Positions 1-11,600 of a stretch of 64,000 nt of DNA are shown here, one piece after another (within the stretch, counting starts at the first letter, position 1; every line of letters begins with the position of its first letter). This DNA comes from Trichoplax adhaerens (Eukaryota; Animalia; Placozoa): positions 1,258,088 through 1,322,087 of the forward strand of contig NW_002060958.1 in NCBI RefSeq assembly GCF_000150275.1, written 5' to 3'. The position numbers and the translations under genes were made by a program. The notes under the pieces were generated by a model that did no database searches, was not told the DNA's origin, and saw only the letters and a program-made list of their open reading frames with translations.

Positions 1-2221
1 ATCTTGATTCGAAAATTCGATAAATGCATAACCACGCGATCGACCGCTTCTTTTACTGCGTGATAGCCTAATTTTATTGATGTCGCCAAACTGTGAAAAG
101 AATCCTTTCATTTCCTCTTCATAAAATCCATGAGGAATGTGTCCAACGTAGATTACACCAGGTTGTACATTATCTGCCTATTTTATGAATTGATCACAAA
201 CATTATGAACCTTTCTAATTCAATACCAAATTCATACCTACGGTTTAACTCTTACGATATCGTGTAATATTTAATAAATGAAATTTTTATATATATAATT
301 ATGCGTACAAAATATGATATCGGATGTCAATACTGTATAGTATTTCTAGTAGGGTATTGACAGACCGTATAATGATTGTCCGGGGCTTAGTCTTGCGATA
401 AGTAATGGTATTCTGAGCAACTTTAATACTAATTCAATCAAATGCTTTCATACCATGAATCCTACAGACTCTAACTATATATGTATTGATTAAAATCTCA
501 TCAGCAGCTGTATGAACTTCGAGTTTACTGTTAGACACTCTCCTCAATGGTAGCTCCTCTTACAGTTCAGTATCATTGACTTTTGATAACTTAGACGTGA
601 AATCAACTGCATTTCAAGAAAGTAGAAGACTTTGATAGAGGTTCTCCTGAGCTCGGCTATCCAATAAAATTGGCGACATAATAACTACTAAGGATTTTAT
701 AGAATCCTAGTCAGCTCCTGGCTAGTCAATCTCTTCAATGGTTGGTCTCTTATGGTATGTCCGGTAGCATAGATCAACTGTAATTGTGTCCTACTTATTG
801 AACTAAAAATGTCATAAGTATCAAGTGTACATGAAGAATTTGAAGACGTTGGTAAAACTCTTTTAAGCTCGACCTGAAGGTAAATGAATCATTTCACGAT
901 AGATTAAGCATCTTGAATATTACTAACATTCGTTCCGTTCTGTGGTCGTCAAGAACTGCAGTTACTGTGTACGTGCTCTACCAGCGAGCTCCACGGGTCG
1001 CCGTGATGGGCGGTATTCTACATAACCATACAATCAACTCTCACTACTTCTAACTTTTACATGATATCAGGTCATAATCCTGCAAAGTCAGTTAAACTCA
1101 CTCAGGTATATTTCGAGAAAGTAATCGTGCACATTCATAGCGTGATAGATTAAGCATTATGACTATTACCAGTATTAAAATAATTAGTTTAATTAGTTCC
1201 TTCCTTGGTCGTCAAGAGCTGAAGCTGCATGTGCGTTACTAGCGAGCTCCCTAGTAGCCGTGCTAGAATCAACCCTGACTACTTCTAACTTTGATATTAG
1301 GTAGATTAAGAAAGTGATCGTGCTGATGAAGATAGTGATAGATTAAGTAACTTGAATATTACCAACACTACAACAATTAGTTCCTTCCTTGGTCGTCAAG
1401 AACTACAGCTGCATGTGCGTTACTAGCGAGCTCCATAGCGGCCGTGCTGGGTAGTATTCTACATTGCCATAGAGTCAATTGCCACTACTTGAAACTTTTA
1501 CATGATATCAGGTACATTTCAAGAAAGTGATCGTGCTCATTAAGATCAGTATTCTACATTATCATAGCATCAACCCTTGCTACTTGTAATTTTTACATGA
1601 TATCAGGTATATTAATAAGAAAGTGATCGTACTCATTTACATTAGTATTCTGCATTACACTAGAATCAACAACCTTCACTATTTCTAACTTTCACATGAT
1701 ATGAAGTAAATTAAGAAAGTGATCGTGCTGATTAAGATTGTGATAGATTAAGCATCTTGAATATTACCAACATTACAACAATTAGTTTAATTAGTTCCTT
1801 CCTTGATCGTCAACAACTACAGCAGCATGTGCTTTACTAGCGAGCTCCATGGTGGCCGTACTGGGCAGTATTCTACATGACCTTAGAATCAACTGTCATT
1901 ACTTCCAACTTTTACATGATATCAGGTATATTATCAGAAAGTGATGGTGCTCATGAAGATTCTTCTGAGCTTAACCTTACTATAACTCAACAATATACTG
2001 CAATAACCTCTTGAGCATCTCCTATAAAACGAGTTGCAGTTGTGCAGTAGCTGCATCAACCGAACAACTCTACCTCCTCCATGATCGAAATAGCTAACCT
2101 TAGTTGGCAATTTTTTGAGCTTTTTCTCAAATTCTTTCTGTTGCTTTGGGTCTAAACTAAGACCATCAACAGCAATACTTGCAGCACTATCATGCTCTGA
2201 GTGATCTTTGCCATCTTCCAT
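1..2221 (-). CDS. NIFK: NIFK / Nop15-like nucleolar RRM protein, 5' part (exon 1 2221-2099; exon 2 177-<1, runs off window)
   Basis: Exon 1 MEDGK...LSLDPKQQKEFEKKLKKLPTK ends at AAG|GTTAGC. Exon 2 follows aaatag| in phase 0 and reads ADNVQPGVIYVGHIPHGFYEEEMKGFFSQFGDINKIRLSRSKRSGRSRGYAFIEFSNQD, matching the NIFK/Nop15 RRM (RLSRSK.TG.S.GYAF.EF). Confidence 0.92.
897..1956. repeat. Compound tandem repeat in NIFK intron 1 (modules A ~115-125 bp and B ~70-90 bp)
   Basis: Module A (gatagattaagca...ccttggtcgtcaag...tagcgagctcc...gccgtg) at ~897, 1144, 1337 and 1741. Module B (agtattctacat...agaatcaac...catgatatcaggta...agaaagtgatcgtgctc) occurs about 6 times. Order is roughly AB-AB-ABBB-AB. Confidence 0.9.
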
Positions 2222-2770
2222 TACTAAGCTCTCATCAGTTCAATGTCGGGAGATTCTTTCAGCTCGAAATGAGGAAAATGCCAGCAGTCCACCAAACGTT
2301 AGGAGGATTGATGGCATTGCCGTCATTAGGTTACGTTGTAAACTAGTCTGCGAGCGCATAGTAAAGCCATTGTTGGACTCCTTCCCGTGCTCAAGTAGGC
2401 AAGACCGTAGTGTGCATTGGGGACTTGCTGCCACCGTACAGCAATGCGGCAACGCACAAAATAAATGTCATGGGCCGAAGCTATAATTTAAAGTAAAGAA
2501 CAAGACATTAAGTGACTTCATGCGACATAAGTTTTACACATTTTTCCTGGACTGTAGTGCTTGCTTTAGAACAGAGTCAGTATGGGCAATTAGTACGCTA
2601 GTCTACAATCATCAGATAGAAAGTAGATGTCGTAAGTTGGGCATTTTTTACGGTATAAAATCAAGCCCTACTACGACATATATTTTACACACTCGTTACA
2701 GTACTCGGTACCGTACTGTACGCAAACGAACTCGTCGGCCACTGTCTGCGCGTCTTGACGTCTGTATTCG

Positions 2771-2808
2771 TCCAATCATGGTCAGTGTGCGTCGTGTATC
2801 TAGGCAAC
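2771..2808 (+). promoter_or_regulatory. CCAAT box plus RFX X-box-like site in the divergent NIFK/MDH1B promoter
   Basis: TCCAATCA at 2771-2778 and GTATCTAGGCAAC (rc GTTGCCTAGATAC) at 2796-2808, in a CpG-rich patch about 320 bp upstream of the MDH1B ATG. Confidence 0.55.
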
Positions 2809-3128
2809 AGAAGTTGTCGATTCCGAGATTGCTGTTATCGTTTAATAAATTATATTATATAATCATATAGAAACCTACAGAGAGACGTTACTGTACTCAA
2901 TCCTCCAACGATAGGAGTATAAACGCTAGAAGTAAATGTAATAGAACCGATTCGTTTGAATTGAATTGCTGTAGGAGAGCCAATTTTAGCCATTATTTTC
3001 TAAATTGGAATCATAGAAGTGGACTAATAGCATCCAAGTTGAATCAAGACTCAAACAGTCGTGCAAAGAATTAATAATAATTTGTTTATTAACATAAAAC
3101 TGACTTTATCCATTACCAAGAATTAGCC

Positions 3129-4820
3129 ATGGTACTAATCGTCATTGCAGGAAGATCAAATTGCCCCTTTTATGCCAAAGCAGAGTTATTAGCCGATGAG
3201 TTAGCCATGAATTTGCCCAATTTTAAGGTACACAAAATTTCGAAACATCCGTCCGAATGGGAAGCTTGGCTAAGACAGACTTGTTTAGGTATGGGATTTG
3301 AGCATGATACCTCACCTATAGTGTGGCGAGAGTTAGTTGAACGTGGTGGCGCCGGCAAACTTATTGGCGATTGTAATGATTTTCTAGAATATGTTGAAAG
3401 TAAGTTCCGATCGTTTTACATTTGGATGACTAGGATACATCAGTAATTAGATCAATGATATTGCCAAGGCTTCCATTAAATGAAATGGCTATAGTAGTTG
3501 CATTACAGTTAATTGTCAGCTTGCACTACGATACGAGTGTATAGATATTTAATAAGAGGGTTACCAATGCATAACATTGAAACCTTTTCCTTATCGTTTT
3601 GATAGGATTACCATGTGTAGTTTTAACTTGAATTTTTTCTTCCTTTTTCAGGTTATTATCACTTCTCGTCAAGCATGATGAGTGAAGAATTAACTGTTGT
3701 CGCTGATGAAAACATGGAAACTTTAGCTAAAGATCTGGCAGAAGCTAAAATAGTTAAAAGTTGGCCTTTAAGAGTATGCATAACTAATGCGAGCAGTTCT
3801 TTAGTTTACAATATCGTCCTTAGCCTTGCTAATGGTGATGCTTTCGGAAAGAACGAAGAATTAGATTTGCGTTTAGTTGATTCAGGTGAGAATTTAGAAA
3901 AACTGCATGGACTTGTCATGGAACTAGAAGATTTAGCTGGGCCTCTACTGAGAAAGATAACAGCTACAGGCCAGTTAGACGTTGGAGTGAAAGATGCTCA
4001 AGTAGTTATTTTAACTGATGGAAGCTCCATTCCTATTGATGCTTCTGATGAAGATAAGCAAACCATCATTAATGCGAATAGAGCAATTTATCAAGACTAC
4101 GGTCCAGTTATAGAAGAGGGCATAGACAAAGATGGAATTATATTTATTGGCGGTGAAGCCGCTAATTATCAGGCATCAGTTTTAAGTAAATATGCCCCTA
4201 AGGTACCTAAGCGTAAATTTATTGCGTTGTCATCCAGATTACAGGAAAATCGGGCAAAATCTGTTCTCAGCAATCGCTTGAAAGTTAATTCATCAAAAAT
4301 TAACAATGTTATTGTATGGGGAAATCCACAAATAAATCAAGTTATAGATGTTTCCAAATCACATGTATATGACTGCGACAGTGCAATAATGGGACCAGCA
4401 GATTATTCAAGATCGGTTGTGGAATTAGTTCATGATAATAAGTGGATAAACGGGACATTTCAAGCTACTGTCAAAGATAGACACGAAGAAATTACTAAAC
4501 TACGCCCAGGAGAGACGTCTATTTCAATTGCTAATTCTATTATTGAACAATTATCCGATTTTTGGCACGGAAAAAACGACGACATAATAACATCAATGTC
4601 GATCATTTCTGAAGGTTGGTATGGTATTCCGTACGGAATTGCTTTCTCATTTCCTGTCCAATTGAAAGCTAGAGGTGAATTGCAAGTAGTAACAGACTGG
4701 GGATTAGATGAGACGTTAAGAGGTAAATTGGTTGCTATAGGCAGAGAGTTATTCAAAGTTTTAAACGCTTCGTCCGAGGCGCAAAGCAAAAAGCCGAAAA
4801 AGCTTCATTTTATGATCTAG
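3129..4820 (+). CDS. MDH1B: MDH1B-like malate dehydrogenase-fold protein, 479 aa (exons 3129-3399, 3652-4820)
   Basis: N-terminus IAGRSNCPFYAKAELLADELAMNLPNFKVHKI...SPIVWRELVERGGAGKLIG matches the MDH1B-specific N-terminal domain. A phase-1 GT-AG intron (3400-3651) joins it in frame to the MDH-fold ORF (VIVWGN, SEGWYGIPYGIAFSFPV). Confidence 0.95.
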
Positions 4821-5693
4821 AAGCCAATGCAGTGTTAGCAACACTCGTTACTTCGTAATTGTAGCTATTTCTATTAAAAAAGATTAATTGATCCATATCG
4901 TGAATATTTACGATCAAGATCGCTATCGAATGATTAATAAGCTATTAATGCTATAGCACTTAGCAAACACTATTATAGAGACGAATAATTACATAATTGT
5001 AGTCATGAGTTTTATCCCCAAAATGTGCTTCCTTTGCGGTTATAAATAATTTATTAACGTGAAGGGGTAAAAACAAATCATTAAATTACATAATAATCAA
5101 TGTCAAAAGCAATATTATAATTAATAAAAATTTCTGTAGGCTAACTATTTCTAGTTCATTAAATTCGTAATAATACATTTTTGTAATTGATCTGGTCCTG
5201 CGTAATTCATTTTATTTAGTTGATTTCATGTATTATTTATGATTATGCTAGGTAATAATATGGGTAATAATAAAGTAGTACAGTATTATTAATCAGGCAT
5301 TACAAGCTGGTACTTGCCAATGTATATATATATATATACTGTATAAGTAATAATACTGCGAACGCTACAGCTACATGTTTTGTAACATGCAACAAACTGC
5401 ATCAATATTAGAGCTTATGTACATATAATACTAAAATTTCGATTCATTTTCGTAAAGCAAAATAAAAGAATTTGAATAGCATTCTACCACAAAATATTTT
5501 TTATACCTTCCGTAATATAGAACAGAGTGACGCCATAAAACATTGCATTAATATTTAAGTTTTTTTCTAAAATAATTACTTTCCATAGCATTAAACATTA
5601 CATGCCATTAAATTGAGGGATGCATTTGACACTGTAACGGACAATTGCTTCATATACGACTACAATTGTATAGTAGTAGTAAAATTAATTAAT

Positions 5694-8600
5694 TTATCGA
5701 CCGGTGAAATTTGCAGCAGTAGTCGCTTGAGATACAGATCGCTTGATGTAGAGATGTAATAGCTTTATCTGTAAATGCAATAGTAATGTCTTTAAGTTAG
5801 CATTCAGCGTAACATTATGTGTTATAGCTTAAATTTATAAAATCTTTTACATGGATAGCGATATTTCATTAATATATCATTACATCTACCTGTGATCCCG
5901 TTAATCCAGTCAGGTAATTCTTTAGATCTTCTCCAATTATTTTATGTAGTGCAACCAGACAGAAAACACAAGCTTTCCTAACGCTGCTTTCATTATGTTG
6001 AAAAGACTGGCAAATAAAAGATAATTGCAAGTATTAAGTTAAATGGAAAGAATTGTACTTTTTATTCGCTATGCTATAAATTGACAATAGATACCTTAAC
6101 CAATGCGGGCATTAAATAGTCTAAACTAGGAATGATGTCTTCTTTTTGAATTTCATCTAATATCTGTAGCAATAATACGTAGCAATCACAAATAAATTTT
6201 TTATTAATTTCATTTGAATAAATTCTTTGAATTGGTCATGATACAAAACTCACCTTATTCAATAATTTCAAACCAGACAAATTGCTTGGATACTTAAATT
6301 TTTCAATAATAGGAACTAAGACTGGAAGTATTACTTCTCCAGGGACGGCGGCAGCGTACGCAAAGAGTGCTTCTTCAGAAATCCGAGAAACCTATAGGGG
6401 CATTTTAATCCATTAATTCATCATCATTTCGTTAAAGTTATTATATCATATTTACCTCTCTATCGTCATTAGTGACTTCGAATGCAATAAAATTATTTAT
6501 TATTTCATTCGCTAAATCCGTTAACTTTGAAAACTGCAGGTCGAATAGATATTTCATAATTCGAAAAGACAGTACTTTGATCGAAGTCTAGATTGTTTAC
6601 ATGCATAGAAAGCAATTTCAGAAATAGTTTTAAAATCGTTTTATTTACGAGGAATACGCTAAGATGATTTACCTCAGTAGGGTAGGTTGTAATAAGCTGA
6701 AACAAATTCGAGACCAAGCCTTTTAAATGTTTATCCCAATGAGATAGAGTTACATCTTCACTTATCAATTGCAGTAGATTCTTAAGGGTAATTGTGACTT
6801 CGTCCAAACTGCGTAGCAACGTCATTAATCATTACTTTTTGTATAACATGTTACAATGACATACTGTAACTAACAGCATCTTACTCAAGCGATACTAGTA
6901 CCTTTGCAATTGTGTTGGTAAGGCAGCGGCTAACTTTGATATAAGATCTAACAAATCGGAGTAACAAACATCATCATTTATTCCGTCAACTCATTATAAA
7001 GTTTTAAAATAGCAATTCCTCATAATTGGCTATGAAAAATGGACTCTTACCGATGCTTTCTGATCGCCGGCTAGGCTGCTTAGGCATCTGTTACCCAATA
7101 TAATATTTTAATTGATCAGTTCATATCAGCTGAAATGAGCAATAACTTAGAAAGGATTATAAAACACCTACATGATTACTAACTGGTGATGGAGGTTCAT
7201 TCTCGTCCTGATAGTAAATTGGATTATATTCATTGTCTTGCTTGTAATGATCTAAAACATTATAAACTTTTGCTGAATCATCATTTACCTTCAAGTTCAA
7301 TACTTGACTGACATGATTGTATAAAATCGTTGTAGGTTTTCATGAGTTTACTATGTCATTACATATACGATATAAAGAACTACATAAAGGAAAACTACAG
7401 TCGTTGTGAAAATTTAAGACAGCAGGCGACTACCTTCCATTGAATTCTTTCTAGCCATAAGTGGTTTTGTTGTATTCGTGTTTACAGGTGAATAGATATC
7501 CTTGCCAGGCATATTTTTTTCCATCCCTCTTGGGCTGCTTCTTACTTTACTACTGGCTCTAGGTGACTAAGCAAATATATTCTTAATTAAGAACTTTATA
7601 TAAAACAAGATTTCAAGCTTGGATTTAATAAATCATTACTTCAGGAACTTCCATGCAACCACTGTCAAGATATTGTTGTAGCATGCTACTTGCGATATCC
7701 TATTATTATAAATTATAATATGGTTAAATTACGAATATAAAATGAAATGGTATGATATGGTTTTTATTCCTCGATTTTTAATGTAATGGGGTAAGTAGAA
7801 ACTTCGTAACATTATCATAATTGTCGGTAGATATCATTACCTGGAAAGATTTCGGTAAATTGGATAACAAAGCAGAAAATTCGGATTTATTTAATTCAAA
7901 TATAGCTATAATGACAATATTGGCCGCCTAGTGTATTGATAGCATAATAGATTAAACGTCTTAGTAAGATATACAAGATGCATAAAAAACGATGAAAGTC
8001 AAAGAAACGACCTTTCTTAGAGCTACGTTTTTTGGATCGGTGCTCCATGTTATGATACGAGACATTGCACGTCGATTATCTATGAAGTCCAGTAAATATC
8101 AATAATTCTAACTTATCGTTGCAAAAACGAGTATAACAAAAGTATGCATCCTTACCAACACTATTCACAAATACAGATGGGTCCATTAATTCCGCGACTT
8201 CTCGAGCAAAATTAAGGAAAGCCAATTTTACCTACGCATTAATTACAGAAAAACGATATGTAGATAAACAGCCACAAGCCTATACTGCTAACAACGTGAG
8301 TACGTAACATTTTACAAACTTTTATATTGATATGATCTCCATTCTCAGATATAAATTTAACAAGGGCTATGAATTGGATGTCATAGGAAAAGGTTCGTCT
8401 AAAAATGAAGTCAAGGTTATTATGGCACATATTCCACGTCTATAGCACATATTACAACTTACGAACCGAATGGTATCCAAAGCATCGATCAACTTAGAGT
8501 AAACTGGTGGTGGCATGTCACTGCTTACTCTTAGCAGCAATTTGGTAAATATAGTAAAGAACCAGTCTTGCAATTTATTATGATATGTGGTAACAAATTC

Positions 8601-11600
8601 ACAAATTGTGTTCAAAAACTTGTTATAAACCTATTTGGTATAGAGTTAATAATATGTATTATACCATTTTTTAATTTTTTTTGTCTTATATAAAATATCC
8701 AGTAGCATACTTGCATATGTTTCTCGTCTAACATTTGAGTAAGGCACTCCTTGATACGGTTGATATCTTTGTAGCTGCATTAACAGTGATGTGTCATTAG
8801 TTAACATCGTAAGCTTACAAACATGATAGTATAGACACATATTAACTTTGAAGGAACAGTTACTATAACCAGGTGTATTACAAATCTACAGTAAATATAG
8901 TAGCGAATGTAGCTGTTGGTTCAGGGTAAGTAAGTAGATGGAACCACATGTACACTTTGTAATAACTAGTGTTCAACAGACTGCTTTTCTCATGAATGGC
9001 TAACATCTTCATCAAATTTCAGATAAACTCAGCCCTAAGGTAGCAGATGCATTTAAGGGCTAACTTTATTTGCACTCAGGGCTGGATAAATCTTCAGTAT
9101 CAACATGACAAGAGTGTAAACTATCAAACAATCACTGTTATTTGATTTCATTCAGATATAGAAGAAAGCGCCATCATTAAGCTCGAGTTTGTATTTATGC
9201 AAAGCAAGAATTATTCTTTCAGCAATTTTGCATTCAATATACACTTGATTTAATAGTCTACAATCTAGTATAACGAGAACTGTAAAAAATATCTTTTACC
9301 TCAGTTTATGTTCCCCAACTAGCAATCCCATAAATTCTTCAAGTCCTTCCATTCGTTCAGACCACGACGAACTTTTACATTTAGTCAGGCCAATTTCAGT
9401 TTCCTACATCAGTAAGCAATATATAATTTAGTACCTTTCAACGTAAGCGCCTCTAAAATTGCTATTGTTCGTTATGGTCCGTACTGTAACTCTTCCAGTG
9501 TGATGTTACCTTTAGGGAGGTGAAGTTACTTCTTACAGAGCTTTCAGATGTCATACTACCAGCATCGGATTCGAAATCCGCTGAAGTATCGCTTTTCCTT
9601 TGAGTCTAAAATCATTAATTCGCTTTATGTTTATATTTTGAGAATGCGCAAATATAAATTTTTATACCCGACTATATATCTTCTTACCAGAGCATTCCAT
9701 ACGTGAGTTTCCACTTCCGTATTACGTGTTAATGTTTTAAGGTCTACCAAACGGTATAATATGAATAAATACACAAGTATATACGATACCGAATAACAAA
9801 CCGAGGTTTTATCTGAGTCATTCTTACTTGTTGTTTTTACTGGCTCCTTCACTTTCGGCGGAGCTGGTGGGCGTAGAGCCTTCGATTTAGTAATATCTAC
9901 GGTCGGTGTATGTACTTTTCGTGTAGGAGTTTTTGCAGTAGATGAAAGTTTACTTAATCGCGGTGGCGAATTGGAACGACTACCAGCTGTTATTTAATGT
10001 ATCGTATAATCAATAGATCATTTTGCACGGATTAAATAAAAAAGTGTACTATACAAATAAATTTTATTTTATATATTACGTTGCGATTGAGAAGCACGTG
10101 GTATTCTCTTAGTCGTATTTCCAGCAGGAGAAGCTCTGCTAGTCGTACTACTTTTCATTCTTAGTGAACTTCGCGCGTTTATCTTGCCATCGCCATTGCT
10201 TCGCCCTCTAACATCTTTAATTAAGCAGGAATCTAAGTTACTTTTGCTTCAATATATTGAAAATTATTTATGACTTACCAGGTTCACTATCTCGGTAAGT
10301 ACTTAACAAATTCGTTTTCGGTTTCACAAACGAGCGCCTGGCATTCGAACTTCTTTCACTAAAAATCAATAAATGATTCAAGGTATAATTCTAAATATCT
10401 ATCGGATAAACAATCAGTAAAATACTAGTATAGGTTGACTCACAAGGCAGCTGCTTTTAATTTCTGGGTACCGTCACTAGTATCAGTTAAGCTGTTAGTA
10501 CTGCCATATGCATCGTTCTCTGCAATCAGCTGCTTTTGTTTAGAGCTATCCAGCGTAAGCATCATTCTAGGGGCAGGAAGTTAAATTATGTACAACACTG
10601 AAAGCGTAATTTTATAGAGATTTACTTGATTTTTATATAAACACCTACTTGTCAGCTCTGCTTTTAAAATGATTGGCGAAACCCCAAAAAGATCTAGAAA
10701 TGTGAAAATAGTAGCAAGCATAGCTTTGATATCGGTCGTTATTTGGCATAATAGCATCAATAATGATTGTTTAGGCGTAAAAGATTACTATTAATATTAG
10801 GTAATAACCTTCTCGCGCTAGCCCTAGCACTTGCATTTGCATCACTTAATCCGGCCTTAACTGTCTTTTCTAATGCTTCAGCCTGCCTGAAAATAAATTT
10901 GGAATTCAGTATTTAAGGTTTGACATTATAGTTTAGTAACTGAGAATAAGCAGTAGAGTCAACTTTACTTTTCTAGGGCTTGCGTAGGCCAAGTGTGCAA
11001 AATTATATTCATAAATTCGAAAGTATAGCTGCAACAGGATCCAATGAAGAAATATTAGAATTATGAGACCTTATTAATTTAGTTTATTAACTCCTTCGAA
11101 AACAAAAACAAATTTGAAGAAAAAGATTACCTTCTCACTACATTGGCTTTCGAAGTTGCGTAACTAAGTATTACAGGAATCAGTTTGAAGGAATGGACGT
11201 GCTAGTGATGTGTAAATTAAAGTAAGAAATATATAATAGCCTAGTTCTTTAACGAATAATCCTTATGAATACCTTGATTATAAACATAATACAGGTATAT
11301 CCAGACGTAGCCATCACCTATTCATTGCAATAAAATTTACTAAAATTATCCAAAAGTTTTAGCACATATAAACTTATGTTTATATTCTTTCATCATAAAA
11401 GGGGCTTACCTTTGCACTATTAGGTAGTAGCTGAAACAGCATAGGAAGTACCATTCCAGCAAAATGATCGAATTTTATTCCAATCGTAGCTGCTAGGAAA
11501 CTATAAAAATAGTGAAAGATCGTGATTGTTTTATTAAATGTATAACCGATCATAGTGACAATTTACAGTACTCGTAACGTGGTACGAAAAATATCGAAGT

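Noticed and set aside
2208-2870. ORFs 2208-2486, 2240-2452 and 2520-2870
   Set aside because: They lie in the NIFK/MDH1B UTR-promoter region and show no recognisable homology.
9435-9452. 18-nt CLASP micro-exon (ag|AGGCGCTTACGTTGAAAG|gt)
   Set aside because: It has an in-frame TGA, the flanking exons already join in phase 0, and the residual introns would be too short.
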